64,000 nt of DNA, from NCBI GenBank assembly GCA_009859145.1, contig VRVR01000005.1, positions 153,448-217,447 of the forward strand, written 5' to 3'. A program made the position numbers and the translations under genes. Positions 63,448-64,000 of this stretch are shown piece after piece. The stretch comes from Andalucia godoyi And28 (Eukaryota > Protista > Jakobida). Every line of letters begins with the position of its first letter. The stretch's first letter is position 1. The notes below the pieces were generated by a model, which did no database searches, was not told where the DNA came from, and saw only the letters and a list, made by a program, of their open reading frames with translations.

Positions 63448-64000
63448 TTAGAAATCGACGGATTCCAGGAAGGCGCTGGATGCTTGCAAAGCTAGTTTCC
63501 GTTGGCGTTCCTCGTACATTGATCGCAGGGAAACCAAGATTTGGTCCACGCTCATGCGATACATGCCGTTTGCATGCCAATGGCCGTCGACAATGACACC
63601 CTGCTGATTGACAATGTATGTCGCGGTCACGGGTAGTCTCCAGTCTCCTTCGGTACCGTGCGCAATGTCGGGCCTCATTCCAGCAAACGTGTAGATGTCT
63701 CTGGTCTTCGGAGGGCATTCGTACACAAGATTGAACTGGCTAGAAATACCAAACCCCTTATCTTCAACAAGACTGCAGTTTGGATGGTACCAATCGTAGA
63801 AATCAGAGCCACCACAGCTGGTGATAAACAACATTGTTGCCCCATATCCTTGTATGACCGGCATCTGGTCCACAAGGACGCGCATGTTCACATTGCATCC
63901 AGGACACCAGGACCCCCGAAGAAACGTCATGACGACCGGACCAGACGACAACAGGTCTTGCATCGAAATGTGCTTTCCAGTCATTGACACAGCGTTGAAT
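63448..64000 (-). CDS. AhpC/TSA peroxiredoxin-like redoxin (5' end probably beyond the window)
   Basis: DLLSSGPVVMTFLRGSWCPGCN (CxxC) and WRLPVTATYIVNQQG motifs; the frame is open to the window edge. Confidence 0.8.
   Translation of the reverse strand, partial: FNAVSMTGKHISMQDLLSSGPVVMTFLRGSWCPGCNVNMRVLVDQMPVIQGYGATMLFITSCGGSDFYDWYHPNCSLVEDKGFGISSQFNLVYECPPKTRDIYTFAGMRPDIAHGTEGDWRLPVTATYIVNQQGVIVDGHWHANGMYRMSVDQILVSLRSMYEERQRKLALQASSAFLESVDF

Noticed and set aside
1-64000. Stop-codon reassignment or CRISPR/prokaryotic systems
   Set aside because: Conserved genes are uninterrupted and end in TAA, TAG or TGA; in-frame stops occur only in transposon relics; no repeat-spacer arrays or operon features were seen.

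Overview
Gene-dense, intron-poor nuclear DNA of a flagellated, mitochondriate unicellular eukaryote; the exact lineage cannot be determined from sequence. The standard genetic code fits all genes. About 26 protein genes lie on both strands and I could resolve only 5 spliceosomal introns, all with GTAYGT donors. Ciliary or basal-body genes: TBC1D31, ODA-DC2/CCDC114, UNC119, an intronless DNAH6-like dynein heavy chain, B9D2 and an MDH1B/PPIL6-N-domain protein. Housekeeping genes: RBM19/MRD1, DNAJC11, oligoribonuclease, RPA2, MECR, AP5M1, CK1, FAM32A and a LYR protein. There is also a TMC channel, an amastin/claudin-like protein, a secreted AmiE-like beta-lactamase-fold hydrolase and a bacterial-type AhpC/TSA protein. 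Two decayed transposon pockets are present: a pogo-like DDE remnant at about 7.6-8.6 kb, and a two-gene Harbinger remnant plus a 66-bp-TIR element at about 25-28.6 kb. The most striking observations are (1) a eukaryotic-bodied tRNA-Ala with a GGC anticodon and the bacterial-type A32-U38 pair, and (2) two catalytically dead kinesin-like proteins, one with the motor/coiled-coil/PH/HTH architecture of trypanosome TbPH1. Family assignments come from recalled motifs, not database searches.
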